Assembly: GCA_039025515.1 (NCBI GenBank)
Contig: JBCCOI010000001.1
Coordinates: 6,221-70,220, forward strand
From: Planctomycetota bacterium
GTDB lineage: Bacteria; Planctomycetota; Planctomycetia; Pirellulales; Pirellulaceae
Direction: 5' to 3'
Length of the DNA stretch: 64,000 nucleotides
The position numbers and the translations under genes were made by a program. Numbering within the stretch: position 1 is the stretch's first letter; each line of letters opens with the position of its first letter. This document shows, in pieces, positions 7,983-17,009 of this stretch. The notes beneath the pieces were generated by a model. It saw only the letters and a program-made list of their open reading frames with translations, did not search any database and had not been told where the DNA came from.

Positions 7983-10663
7983 CCCTCTGCTCCCGCTGTG
8001 GGGCCTGAAGGATCAAGCGGATGGTCTTGCAGGTAACGGTCGAACATCCCAACCGACTCAGAATTCATGGGCTTGGTGGCTGCTTTCGGCTGCGGCTTCA
8101 CCCGGCCTTTGGACTTTCTTCTCCGTTGCTTCTTCGGCTTGTTCCCTGACGAACTGGGTTTCGCCTGCGCCTTCGGTTCGGGACCAACCGTAATGGTCTC
8201 TTTTGAGATCGATGGAGAAGCGTTGGGTTTGCGTCCGCGATGAGGAACTTCCGGCTGCGGCCGTTCCCAGTCCGACGCCAGAAAAGTCCCGGTATCAGTT
8301 GATGGCCACGGGGCGGCTTTGCGTTCGCTGTATTCCTCGGCGGAGATGTGGAAGTCACTCTCAATGATGACCGGCATTCCGCCGTACTGGGCGTAGCCCG
8401 CTCCACGATTGATCAACACAACGCTCTTGCGGTCGTCGTCACTGACCAGCTTGATGTCATTCTTGGTCAGCCTTGGAGCAATGAAGTCGTTGCGTGAACG
8501 GCTCGTGCTGGTGGTCGTTCCACGGTCACTAACGGATTGGGAGACCGTGATGGAGTCCATCGAGTCGACGGTTTCACCGCTCGCTTTTGAAAGCCGTTCC
8601 TGATCGTCCCAGCCGGAAATGGCGAACCACTGGCGATAGCGACAGTTTGTTTCCAATGTTGATGTCAGGTCGTAACGAACCAAGTCCTGCATGGATTGGT
8701 TCGCGAGAATCACTGCAACGCCCATGCTGCGGGCAAGTTGCAGCAGATAATCGAGATTTCGCGATGCCATTCGCTGAAACTCATCGACCACGAGATAGAC
8801 GGGAACCTTCCGCTGAGTCAATGTTGCGGCGGTCAGCAGCATGTAACTGGCGAGCCTACCAATTTCCGGTGAGGAACCCGGTCCAAGTGTTGCAGAGAGG
8901 CTGAAGTAATGAGCTTCCGGATGCAGGAATAATCGCGTCGGGTCGATGCAGAGATCGGCAACCGCTTGATTCGGTGTGCAATCGTCCGTGATATTCAAGG
9001 CCGCGATGGATGCCAGTCGCGTCACTGACATCTTGACGTGGTTGCCCGCGTCCTTCGATTTTTCATCGAGTCCATGCCGTTTGGGCGATGAAATCACGTA
9101 GGCGATTTTGTCTCGAAGCTGCTCAAAGTTGCTGATCTCAGGAAAGTGACTGACCGTCGCATAGAGAACGGAGGCATTGGCGGAACTGAAATAGCCTTCG
9201 CCATAGTCGCTACCGTAGTTCAGCCCCAACGCACCGCAGAGAATGTCGGTTTTCTGCAATTCGTTGAGACGATTCCAGCAGGGAAGTTTGAACGGATTGA
9301 AGCCATAGGTGGCGAGGTCGTCACGCTGCGTGAAGTAGCGCACCGGCACGTCAATTCCATTCAAGGCTTTTGCTGTTTTCGCTCCTTGCTTGAGCGTTTG
9401 CAGCAGCTCTGGCGAATCTCCTTTGAGGTCAAGCACCATCACGCTGGCATTACCGCCACCAATGACCTGTTCGATAAACGGGGACAATCCACGAGCGGTT
9501 TTCCCGGAACCGCTGTCGCCAAGGAAATGTGCGTGTTCGCGAAATACCTCCGACGGAACAAGCATCGGCGACTGGTCGAAAGTCACACGTCCGAGATAAA
9601 GACTCTCTCGCTCGATGTCGTTTTGTGATGACCGAATTCGGTCGGTGATTTCCTTCCACTCGCTGGCCGGAACAAAACTCGGCTTCGGTATCGACAGCCG
9701 ACCAAACACGGGAGTCCCCACAATGACGATTGCCAGCAACACAAGCAGAACAGGTATCAGGGCCAGCCCCGCACACAGCAAAAGCAACAGGCCGATGCTG
9801 AAGAACAGTTCGAGTAGATTTCCGGACTGGAGAACGTTTCCGAAACTGACGGACACTTCGGAAACCTGAAACAGGTTGGTGACGCGAAAGAATGCGAACA
9901 CGTTGAGCAGAACTGTAACTACCAGCATCGTCAGCCGTCGTCGACAGTTTCCTGATGGACTGACCAGCACACCGGCCAGTGGTTCATCATCTCGGTTGTA
10001 GCTGCACCAACTGTTGACCGCTGATCGGAATCCACGAATAAAACTATCTGGTGAACTGCCGCAAGCGACCGCCAGAATCAACCAACCAACGGCTGAAACC
10101 AACATTAAGACAGGCGTGTGCTGGGGCATTAGGACGCTGAGAGCAATTGGTATCAGTAACAAGCTGCTCGTTAAAGTTTGCCAACAGAGTGCTTCGCGAG
10201 TGTTCCACGCGGTATCGACAGATGTTGGAGAGACGGTTGCTACGAAAGTGAAGTGGCGAACAACTTCTCTTGCTACCAATGCAGTTGCGGTGAGTGCCAC
10301 ATAAACTTCGATGGCCATAGGCAGGGGAAACAGATGGTAAATCCACGCGATACAAATGACGGCAACGCTGACATCCCGGATGGCGACAAGATGTGACTTC
10401 ACTCGTCGCCACGCCACAAACATGAATAACCCGGCGAGCAACATCACAAAGAGTGTCACATCGAAGACAAATAGCTGAACCCAGCAGCACAGCAATGCGG
10501 CAAAGCTGGCGAACACCAATTCCTTCAAGACCTTCGTTGTGAATTCCGCATCGTCATTGTCGACGCCACGGTAATAGGCGAATTCCAGCTCCAACGGCTC
10601 GGCTGGAACGAGTTGATGTTGGATTGGGTTGCCGGATGACTGTCGATAAACGCTTCTGGGCAT
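7979..10663 (-). CDS. Type IV coupling protein (VirD4/TraD-like ATPase) with a large polytopic N-terminal membrane domain
   Basis: Walker A GDSGSGKT, VLDLKGD, FNPF, Walker B LVVDEFQ, ARSMGV..ILANQS; about 8 hydrophobic segments in the first ~320 aa. Confidence 0.88.
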   Translation of the reverse strand: MPRSVYRQSSGNPIQHQLVPAEPLELEFAYYRGVDNDDAEFTTKVLKELVFASFAALLCCWVQLFVFDVTLFVMLLAGLFMFVAWRRVKSHLVAIRDVSVAVICIAWIYHLFPLPMAIEVYVALTATALVAREVVRHFTFVATVSPTSVDTAWNTREALCWQTLTSSLLLIPIALSVLMPQHTPVLMLVSAVGWLILAVACGSSPDSFIRGFRSAVNSWCSYNRDDEPLAGVLVSPSGNCRRRLTMLVVTVLLNVFAFFRVTNLFQVSEVSVSFGNVLQSGNLLELFFSIGLLLLLCAGLALIPVLLVLLAIVIVGTPVFGRLSIPKPSFVPASEWKEITDRIRSSQNDIERESLYLGRVTFDQSPMLVPSEVFREHAHFLGDSGSGKTARGLSPFIEQVIGGGNASVMVLDLKGDSPELLQTLKQGAKTAKALNGIDVPVRYFTQRDDLATYGFNPFKLPCWNRLNELQKTDILCGALGLNYGSDYGEGYFSSANASVLYATVSHFPEISNFEQLRDKIAYVISSPKRHGLDEKSKDAGNHVKMSVTRLASIAALNITDDCTPNQAVADLCIDPTRLFLHPEAHYFSLSATLGPGSSPEIGRLASYMLLTAATLTQRKVPVYLVVDEFQRMASRNLDYLLQLARSMGVAVILANQSMQDLVRYDLTSTLETNCRYRQWFAISGWDDQERLSKASGETVDSMDSITVSQSVSDRGTTTSTSRSRNDFIAPRLTKNDIKLVSDDDRKSVVLINRGAGYAQYGGMPVIIESDFHISAEEYSERKAAPWPSTDTGTFLASDWERPQPEVPHRGRKPNASPSISKETITVGPEPKAQAKPSSSGNKPKKQRRRKSKGRVKPQPKAATKPMNSESVGMFDRYLQDHPLDPSGPTAGAEG

Positions 10664-10679
10664 AAGGTGACTCTCTTAT

Positions 10680-11360
10680 TTAGTTGGCTCGAAGTAACAG
10701 AAAGGACAGACGCGGAATGACGGCGATGTGAACTCGCACTGCGTCAGTGCATCCACAGGAAACTAAAGCCGTTGAGATTGCTTTTGATTTCTCTTCACTG
10801 GTCGTGAGGACGACGACTTGGAACCGTGAGGCTGCGGCCAGTTCAGAAATCTGAGGAACATCAAGTCGGTCGTGAGAGGCTTGCGTCGTTTTGCGGGCGA
10901 CATGCTGCGGCGAGCCACCAAGGTCGACTCGAACCAATTCCAGTTGGCCCTTTGCATCCACGCAGTACGGCGACTGCGACAAGTCGTGAGGAAGCCACGG
11001 CATGTATTCAGCAACTTCGTCGGGGATGAGTCGACGACGGCGAGCACTGCCACTGGTGGCGTAAACGAGAGTGGCATAGTCGGTCGGAAGCGATTGTGGT
11101 CCCAGCGGCTCACTGAGCCGTGGAGACAAGCCGAGGGAACTGATCGTTTGGCTGCCGAGACGGAAGTAGGTTTCCGGCGGAACAAGGACATAGCGGCTAA
11201 GAATCTGAGCAGTGCAGAGCCGGGCAGTCACCTTCGCCACGGCATTCAAAGAGCGTCCGGGCAGAAGCTGCGAAGCGATGATGCGATTTGTTGCGAGACG
11301 ATAGCGTCGGACAAATTCGACGATCGCAAGGTCTCGGGTTCGGAAGGTCTGTTCAGGCAT
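10680..11360 (-). CDS. Replic_Relax-like protein, type B (copy 1)
   Basis: RDLAIVEFVRRYRLAT wHTH start, RVDLGG, FQVVVLTTSEEK. Confidence 0.65.
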   Translation of the reverse strand: MPEQTFRTRDLAIVEFVRRYRLATNRIIASQLLPGRSLNAVAKVTARLCTAQILSRYVLVPPETYFRLGSQTISSLGLSPRLSEPLGPQSLPTDYATLVYATSGSARRRRLIPDEVAEYMPWLPHDLSQSPYCVDAKGQLELVRVDLGGSPQHVARKTTQASHDRLDVPQISELAAASRFQVVVLTTSEEKSKAISTALVSCGCTDAVRVHIAVIPRLSFLLLRAN

Positions 11361-11368
11361 CGGTACGT

Positions 11369-12004
11369 TTACCAAATCTGATAGGGCAGTCCACGCAGGA
11401 CGGCGTCGTCATGGAAAGCGGCAATACGATCGGCGTCGTAGTCACCGCCAAATTCGACCAGCATCGCTGGTTGGTCGTTGGCATCAACGAGGACTGCGTC
11501 GGGCATTGACTGCCCCGGTTCGCTGTCAGTGATCAGGTTCTCGCCCCGCCACGCCTTTGCGTAGCTCGGATGGTTGCAACAGAACCACAGCCAGACTTCG
11601 GAAACGCCGAGGTCGTGAGAAACCTGAGCCGACATCACAGCCTTCTTGCGTCCGCCGAAATGATTCACGGTGATGTCAGTCGGCAGGAAGATGACGGTTG
11701 ATCGAAGTGCTCGATAACGCCACCGGCTCTGCAACTGAAATGCAATCTGGCTGGCATCCGGGTTTTCATCGCCCGGCTGCCAGACGAGAACCGGACTCAG
11801 TAGTTCCGGCAGTGGCCTTGCCATCACGACGTTGCGCTGAAGCAAGCCCATGTCGACGAAGCGATTGAGCCTTCGCCTCGCATTGGCGACGTCGCCCGCC
11901 CAAAGTGCGTCGGCCAATTGACGCTGACCAAAAAGCCTGACTTGCAGACTGAGTGCTCTGAGCACAGTGACGTCGCGATCGGTGAACTGAGTCCGCTTCT
12001 TCAT
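11369..12004 (-). CDS. Replic_Relax/MOBC-like relaxase-type protein, type A (copy 1)
   Basis: TDRDVTVL..QRQLA..ARRRLNRF wHTH, SHDL, WRGE, PDAV, VEFGGDY, LPYQIW. Confidence 0.72.
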   Translation of the reverse strand: MKKRTQFTDRDVTVLRALSLQVRLFGQRQLADALWAGDVANARRRLNRFVDMGLLQRNVVMARPLPELLSPVLVWQPGDENPDASQIAFQLQSRWRYRALRSTVIFLPTDITVNHFGGRKKAVMSAQVSHDLGVSEVWLWFCCNHPSYAKAWRGENLITDSEPGQSMPDAVLVDANDQPAMLVEFGGDYDADRIAAFHDDAVLRGLPYQIW

Positions 12005-12441
12005 TCGGCCAGTTCCCCGTTGTCTGCCGCATCTTCAGTTTGAACCGGCTTCTTCTTGCTCCGCTTCTTTTTCGCGGTGGTGGCGTCCGGTAGTCCGATT
12101 GGCAGTCCCGAATTGCTTTGGCTGTCATCCGTCAGGCGTTCGCAGATTCCCGGAGCGGAGCTGAACGGGTCGTTCAGCGTCATTTCTGAAGCTTCGTCTC
12201 GAATGAGCTTGGCTAAATGGGGTTTACCGGCAGCTTCATAACGTCGAGCTTGCTCTTCTAATTGGTTATGATGTTCTGCGTGACCGAGAATGAGCATGCG
12301 TTGCAAAGCGGAAGCCATGAAGCTGCCGATGCTGGGCAAGGCTCTTTCAACAAGTCGGTCCGTGATCCATTGCGTCGTTTTCTGGAGCATGGCGAATCCT
12401 GTCAGGGGTTGAAGGAACAACTGTCCGGGAACGTCGATCAA
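12001..12441 (-). CDS. Hypothetical protein, first gene of the mobilization operon
   Basis: Stop overlaps next start (ATGA); start uncertain (12441 or 12390). Confidence 0.6.
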   Translation of the reverse strand: MIDVPGQLFLQPLTGFAMLQKTTQWITDRLVERALPSIGSFMASALQRMLILGHAEHHNQLEEQARRYEAAGKPHLAKLIRDEASEMTLNDPFSSAPGICERLTDDSQSNSGLPIGLPDATTAKKKRSKKKPVQTEDAADNGELAE

Positions 12442-12549
12442 CCCGGAGTGACAGAATTATTCGCGACCTGCGGTTCACGCTAAATTCAAGCTGATGCAAT
12501 CTGCGAACAAGTTGCCTGCATCACGAACCAAGTCGCGATTCCCCCAACA

Positions 12550-13593
12550 ATGGCAAAGAAACGTCTGCAACACGGAAGAACTGTTGAGATCAACGTCGAC
12601 AAGTTGTCGGCTGCGATGGATCATCGCGGCCTGAGTGTTGAGCAGTTGAAGGAATTGGCTGGCGTTTCAGCCGGTACCGTCAACAATTTGCTGGCTGGAA
12701 AACCCGTTTACCGAACCACTGCAACTCAAGTTGCCGAAGCTCTTGGAACGACGCTCGGCGTGCTCATGGGGGCATCTGCTTCAAATGGCGGCGCTGCGGC
12801 TGTCCACGAGTATCTGGTTTCCGAGGTGCTGACGGACTGGATTGTTGCGTCCAATGGCTTGCGGTTTCAGGTTTGTCGATTGCGTCATCTGGAACTTGAT
12901 CGACAGGCTCGCGGGAAGCGATTTGATCTACGAGACATGACGACCGACGAAGAGCAGCGGTGCCGCACTTGGATCAAGCGACATCCAAATGTCTGCGAAT
13001 CGCTTCGGGATCACCCGAACATCGCTCGCAACTTGACAGCATTTCACGATCCGGTTGAGAAGTTCTATTGGGTGGTCGATGAATGGGTCGCCGGCGAACC
13101 TCTACAGCGGCGTCTGGGGCGGAAGCAATTCTCAGCAGCGGAGGCAAAATCATTGTTGCTTGATGTTGCTCATGGCCTACAAGGGCTTCATCAACAGGGA
13201 ATCATCCGCCGTGAATTAAACCCAACGACGATCATCGTCCGGGATTCAGACAATCGGGCAATTCTCACCGAGTTTGAACTGGCAAAGCTGATTGATCGCG
13301 GCCCGACGGTCTCAACAGATAACTGGCCCGTCGATCCGTACCGTGCGGGTGAAGCGGATGAAGATGATGTGGATGTGCGAGCCGACATTTACAGTTGGGC
13401 ACGGATTGGGATTCACGCGGTGGTCGGTGCATTACCTGAAATCGGACAGGAACATTCACAACTTGAACAGGTTGCAATTCCATCACTGATTCGCGACTGC
13501 TTGGCCAAGTCGGCCGCTGTTTTTCGCAGTGAACGTCCAAATTCGATGGGTGACATCATCCATGTGATCGAAGAATGGAGTGTAGGATCGTGA
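12550..13593 (+). CDS. XRE-type HTH fused to a Ser/Thr kinase-fold pseudokinase
   Basis: LSVEQLKELAGVSAGTVNNL HTH; kinase fold HPNIA, IIRRELNP (HRD lost), TEFELAK (DFG lost), DIYSW. Confidence 0.8.
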   Translation: MAKKRLQHGRTVEINVDKLSAAMDHRGLSVEQLKELAGVSAGTVNNLLAGKPVYRTTATQVAEALGTTLGVLMGASASNGGAAAVHEYLVSEVLTDWIVASNGLRFQVCRLRHLELDRQARGKRFDLRDMTTDEEQRCRTWIKRHPNVCESLRDHPNIARNLTAFHDPVEKFYWVVDEWVAGEPLQRRLGRKQFSAAEAKSLLLDVAHGLQGLHQQGIIRRELNPTTIIVRDSDNRAILTEFELAKLIDRGPTVSTDNWPVDPYRAGEADEDDVDVRADIYSWARIGIHAVVGALPEIGQEHSQLEQVAIPSLIRDCLAKSAAVFRSERPNSMGDIIHVIEEWSVGS

Positions 13594-15101
13594 ACGATGG
13601 GGAACATGATGACTGGCAGGAGTCGATCGCGTATTACTACAGCGAGATCGACTACATCCGCGAAATGCTCGATCCCAAGAAGCGATTGCTAGAGTCAGCG
13701 GTGCTCGTCGAGAGAATCATCAAAACTCACTTCCTTCGTTCAGACAGAGAGAAGCACGGTCTCGGTACATTGCTAAGAATGCGAAGACGGTTCCTCGGTC
13801 GTCAACTGTTTGACAACGCCGATTTCGCCGTCGAAATGAGAAACCGAGTTTCTCACCACACTCGCCGTCGCGATCCAACTGACGAAGAGCTAGAGAAAGC
13901 TACACGAGTGTTCCTCGAAGTGGTTCGCAAGCACGTCGAGGAAATGGAAAGCCGAACCGGAAACACGAGTTCTACGCCAAGTGCTTCGCAGATTCCTGAG
14001 CCTGAGACAAGGCCGAAGGCGTCGCCCCGGTTTGAGACAGAATCCTCGAATGAATCGGAGGTCAGGACTTACGCGACAGAGATTGAACGCGAACAACGAC
14101 CGCTGCTGGAGGCAGCGGATGATGACCCCGAGGTAACTGCTTCCACGATCGCGGAATTCACTTTCTGTCCCCGAGCCGGGATTTTGACACACGAAGGCGG
14201 ATTCTCAGATCCGGAAGAAGAACTGCCCTCTCTGGCCTTGCTTCCGTGGTACGAACAGGAGGCGATTGAAGAAGCCTACACTCATGCCCTGTACGAGTTG
14301 TTTTCATTTCCGGTCGGACTCTTGGTCGCTGTGATTATCTTGTCGTTACTGATGCTGGGGCATTTTCTCTATCCGTTCCTGTTGATTGCACTGCTCCTAG
14401 GATGGGCCTTTTTTGCTTGGCGAGCATTTCGGCGTTGGCGAGAAATCGGCGAAAGACGACTGGCGGCTCGGCTCGCGACGGAATGCAATCCGGTGCCGGG
14501 CAAGAATGCGTTTCAGCCCGTCGACTGGTGGGGGTTATTACTGGCTGGATACGAAGTTCGTCGACCTGAAGCCCCGCTACATGATGAGCGATGGAGGCTC
14601 AGTGGAAAGCCAAGGCGAATTTTGGACAAGGGGACGTTGAGTATTCCGGTTCATCGCATCAGAAAACCGGAGGGGCCAATTTTGCCACAGCATATCGTAC
14701 GAGTCATGGCACACTGTCATCTCATCGAAAGGACGGAGGGGGCTGACAGTCCGTTCGCGGTTATCCTGTTCGGTAACACCTATCAGGGAATGACCGTTCC
14801 AAACACCAGTGAAAATCGGGAGCAGTTCCACAATTCCCTTGAGCGTGCTCGAACTGCAATCATTGAATCTGATGCTGGTGATCGCCAGCCGCCGGAACCC
14901 GTCACTGGGAATGTTTGCAGTTCTTGCCACTTCGGCCATCCAAGACCAGTCGCTCTTGAAGACAAGACGATGCGTTACGAAGAACCGCTCGACCCGGTGC
15001 TGTTCCACAATGGCAAGAAGGTTTTTCACTGCGATTGCGGTGATCGGTTTCACTGGAAGCCCAAGCACGAGCGGACCCGAAAGATGCGAAAGATGGAATG
15101 A
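13590..15101 (+). CDS. Membrane-anchored Cas4/RecB-like protein, catalytic residues degenerate
   Basis: TASTIAEFTFCPR, two TM helices, LSGKPRRI..IPVH, C-terminal CSSC and HCDCG; GTGA overlap with upstream gene. Confidence 0.6.
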   Translation: MNDGEHDDWQESIAYYYSEIDYIREMLDPKKRLLESAVLVERIIKTHFLRSDREKHGLGTLLRMRRRFLGRQLFDNADFAVEMRNRVSHHTRRRDPTDEELEKATRVFLEVVRKHVEEMESRTGNTSSTPSASQIPEPETRPKASPRFETESSNESEVRTYATEIEREQRPLLEAADDDPEVTASTIAEFTFCPRAGILTHEGGFSDPEEELPSLALLPWYEQEAIEEAYTHALYELFSFPVGLLVAVIILSLLMLGHFLYPFLLIALLLGWAFFAWRAFRRWREIGERRLAARLATECNPVPGKNAFQPVDWWGLLLAGYEVRRPEAPLHDERWRLSGKPRRILDKGTLSIPVHRIRKPEGPILPQHIVRVMAHCHLIERTEGADSPFAVILFGNTYQGMTVPNTSENREQFHNSLERARTAIIESDAGDRQPPEPVTGNVCSSCHFGHPRPVALEDKTMRYEEPLDPVLFHNGKKVFHCDCGDRFHWKPKHERTRKMRKME

Positions 15102-15102
15102 C

Positions 15103-16077
15103 TTATTGGCCGAGTCGCCGTTGAATCCATTCAACCATCAGTGAGCCAAAACCCTTTCGGCTTCCGGTCGTCGTGGTTTGTCGAATTTCTGTCATGACTG
15201 AGTTCCAGCTATCAAGCCACTGGCTTGTTGTCTCAAAACGTTCATCGGGGTCGATAGCCAGCGAGCGACGCAATAAGCCGTCAATCGGTCGCCAAATTCG
15301 CTTCGGGAGCTTCTCTCGTTCCGGGCTTATTTCGCTTGCTGGAACCAGTTGTAACCCCGACTGAACGGGGTCAGGTAGCATTCCAACTTTGCCACCGTGA
15401 CCGTCGTACGGAATTCGGTCCGTCAGAATTTCATACAAGACGACCCCCAGTGAAAAGCAGTCTGCCCGAAAATTGACGTGGGCATCACCCCGCAAGAATT
15501 CCGGTGCGGCATACGCTCCGCTCACACCATCGCCGGCGTCTCGACGTGTCGTCCGCTCAATCGTCCATGCGTTGCCGTAATCGATCAAAACGAGGCTGGT
15601 CCGTTTGGTGAGGATCAAATTAGCGGGTTTGATGTCGCCGTGGATGATTTGCTTGTTGCGATGAAGGTGCCGCAGAGCGTGGGCGACTCCTTTCATCAAT
15701 CGCACTGCTTCAGGTGCGGCGATTCTCTGCCGATTGCGGTCGCGAATTCCGTTCAAAACAGTTCGCAGGTTAAATCCATCAATCCACGGCAGAACGACAT
15801 GGATTGAATCGCCGCCACGATGGCATTCGAGAATCTGAAGAATCTCATTGTCCCCTCGCGTAAGTCGTTGCAAAGTGCGAACGCGGTCGAAGCCACCGGA
15901 TGAATTCGGCAGGATGTGCAATGCTCGCATCTGCTTTGCACCGGCGTCGAATACTTGGAATGCACGGCGTCCCGAGGTGCCAATTCTTGCCACAGCAAGG
16001 TAGGTTCGGTCTCCGATCCGAAAACGTTCGATGACCGGATACTCGGTCCCTCGATATCGAATCGGGCGTTTCTGCAT
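15103..16077 (-). CDS. Hanks-type Ser/Thr protein kinase
   Basis: IIHGDIKPANL, IDYG, YAAPE, DCFSLG, RF; beta3 lysine appears replaced (RALHIL). Confidence 0.85.
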   Translation of the reverse strand: MQKRPIRYRGTEYPVIERFRIGDRTYLAVARIGTSGRRAFQVFDAGAKQMRALHILPNSSGGFDRVRTLQRLTRGDNEILQILECHRGGDSIHVVLPWIDGFNLRTVLNGIRDRNRQRIAAPEAVRLMKGVAHALRHLHRNKQIIHGDIKPANLILTKRTSLVLIDYGNAWTIERTTRRDAGDGVSGAYAAPEFLRGDAHVNFRADCFSLGVVLYEILTDRIPYDGHGGKVGMLPDPVQSGLQLVPASEISPEREKLPKRIWRPIDGLLRRSLAIDPDERFETTSQWLDSWNSVMTEIRQTTTTGSRKGFGSLMVEWIQRRLGQ

Positions 16078-16175
16078 GGGGCAAACTCTCTCTACGTGAA
16101 GCGACAACGAATACTGGCTCACAGAACGAAGTGTAACGCAAAGTGTTGCCAAACACCTGTAGCTAACACCTGCCA

Positions 16176-16924
16176 GTCACAAGCGACCGTAAGTCGTTTG
16201 TGACAAAGGAAGTCAATGGAATCAGGAATGGAATGTCAGCGGGTTACCCGAAGTTCCAGTGTATGTTCCGGTTTTCCCGGTGGGCTACGGGCCGCAGCGC
16301 GGCCCGAATCTGAGAGCGGCGAACGATAGTGAGGCGCTGACCGCCGGAGCGTCCAGCGTAGGCGGAAGACGACCGCAGGCTGCCCCAGCAGGCTCGGTCG
16401 TGAGTCGAGCGTCCCAGCGAGACGGGCGGGCGTTCAGCCCGCAGCGAACCGCCCCAGCGGTGAGCGTCACGTTCCGTACAGGAACGGTGGAGCGTTCAGC
16501 GGAACAAAGCCGAAAGTCTGGCCCCAGCCAGACTGAGAGGCGCTGAAGAGGTGGCCGGGAGCGTTGAAAAGACGGTCGACCGAAACTGCCGAGAAAGCAC
16601 TTGGGAAGTGTCAGTCACGGGCGAACGTCGCTTCAACCGAGTGGCTCAGACAGCTTCTATGAGTGCGTGACTCTTCCGTGAAACGGAAAGGCACAAGCGA
16701 GTCGGCGGGGTGGGCGAAGGGCAATGTCCTGATCGCGAACGCGGTCGGGAATTGTTCGTAGCCAAGCGACGGCCGAGGTGTTCCGCAGAATGAAGTCTGC
16801 GGAAACCGAGCAGGAGCCTCGACGACCGGATCGCCCGCAGGGCGATTCATTTTACCCCGTTTTTTTTAACATAAAGAAGGTAACCCGACAGCCGGTTAGC
16901 GCGTCAGTTGTCACGTTAGTCGGC
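16176..16924 (+). ncRNA. Candidate large structured RNA or folded ssDNA element (sso/oriT region)
   Basis: More than 12 hairpins, G-T wobbles favour the + strand, long-range CGGGTTACC (16240)/GGTAACCCG (16879) pairing, hairpin plus T-run at 16830-16867, no credible ORF. Confidence 0.5.
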
Positions 16925-17009
16925 GTAACATTGATGGAAAGTTAAGAGAAAAGCGACCACGGGACAGAGTCAACTCGCATTCCGTTTCGCGGTCGCCTGA
17001 ACGTTGCGG

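Noticed and set aside
16259-16850. ORFs 16259-16546, 16285-16470 and 16611-16850
   Set aside because: Low-complexity Ala/Arg/Pro translations of GC-rich hairpins with no RBS or motif
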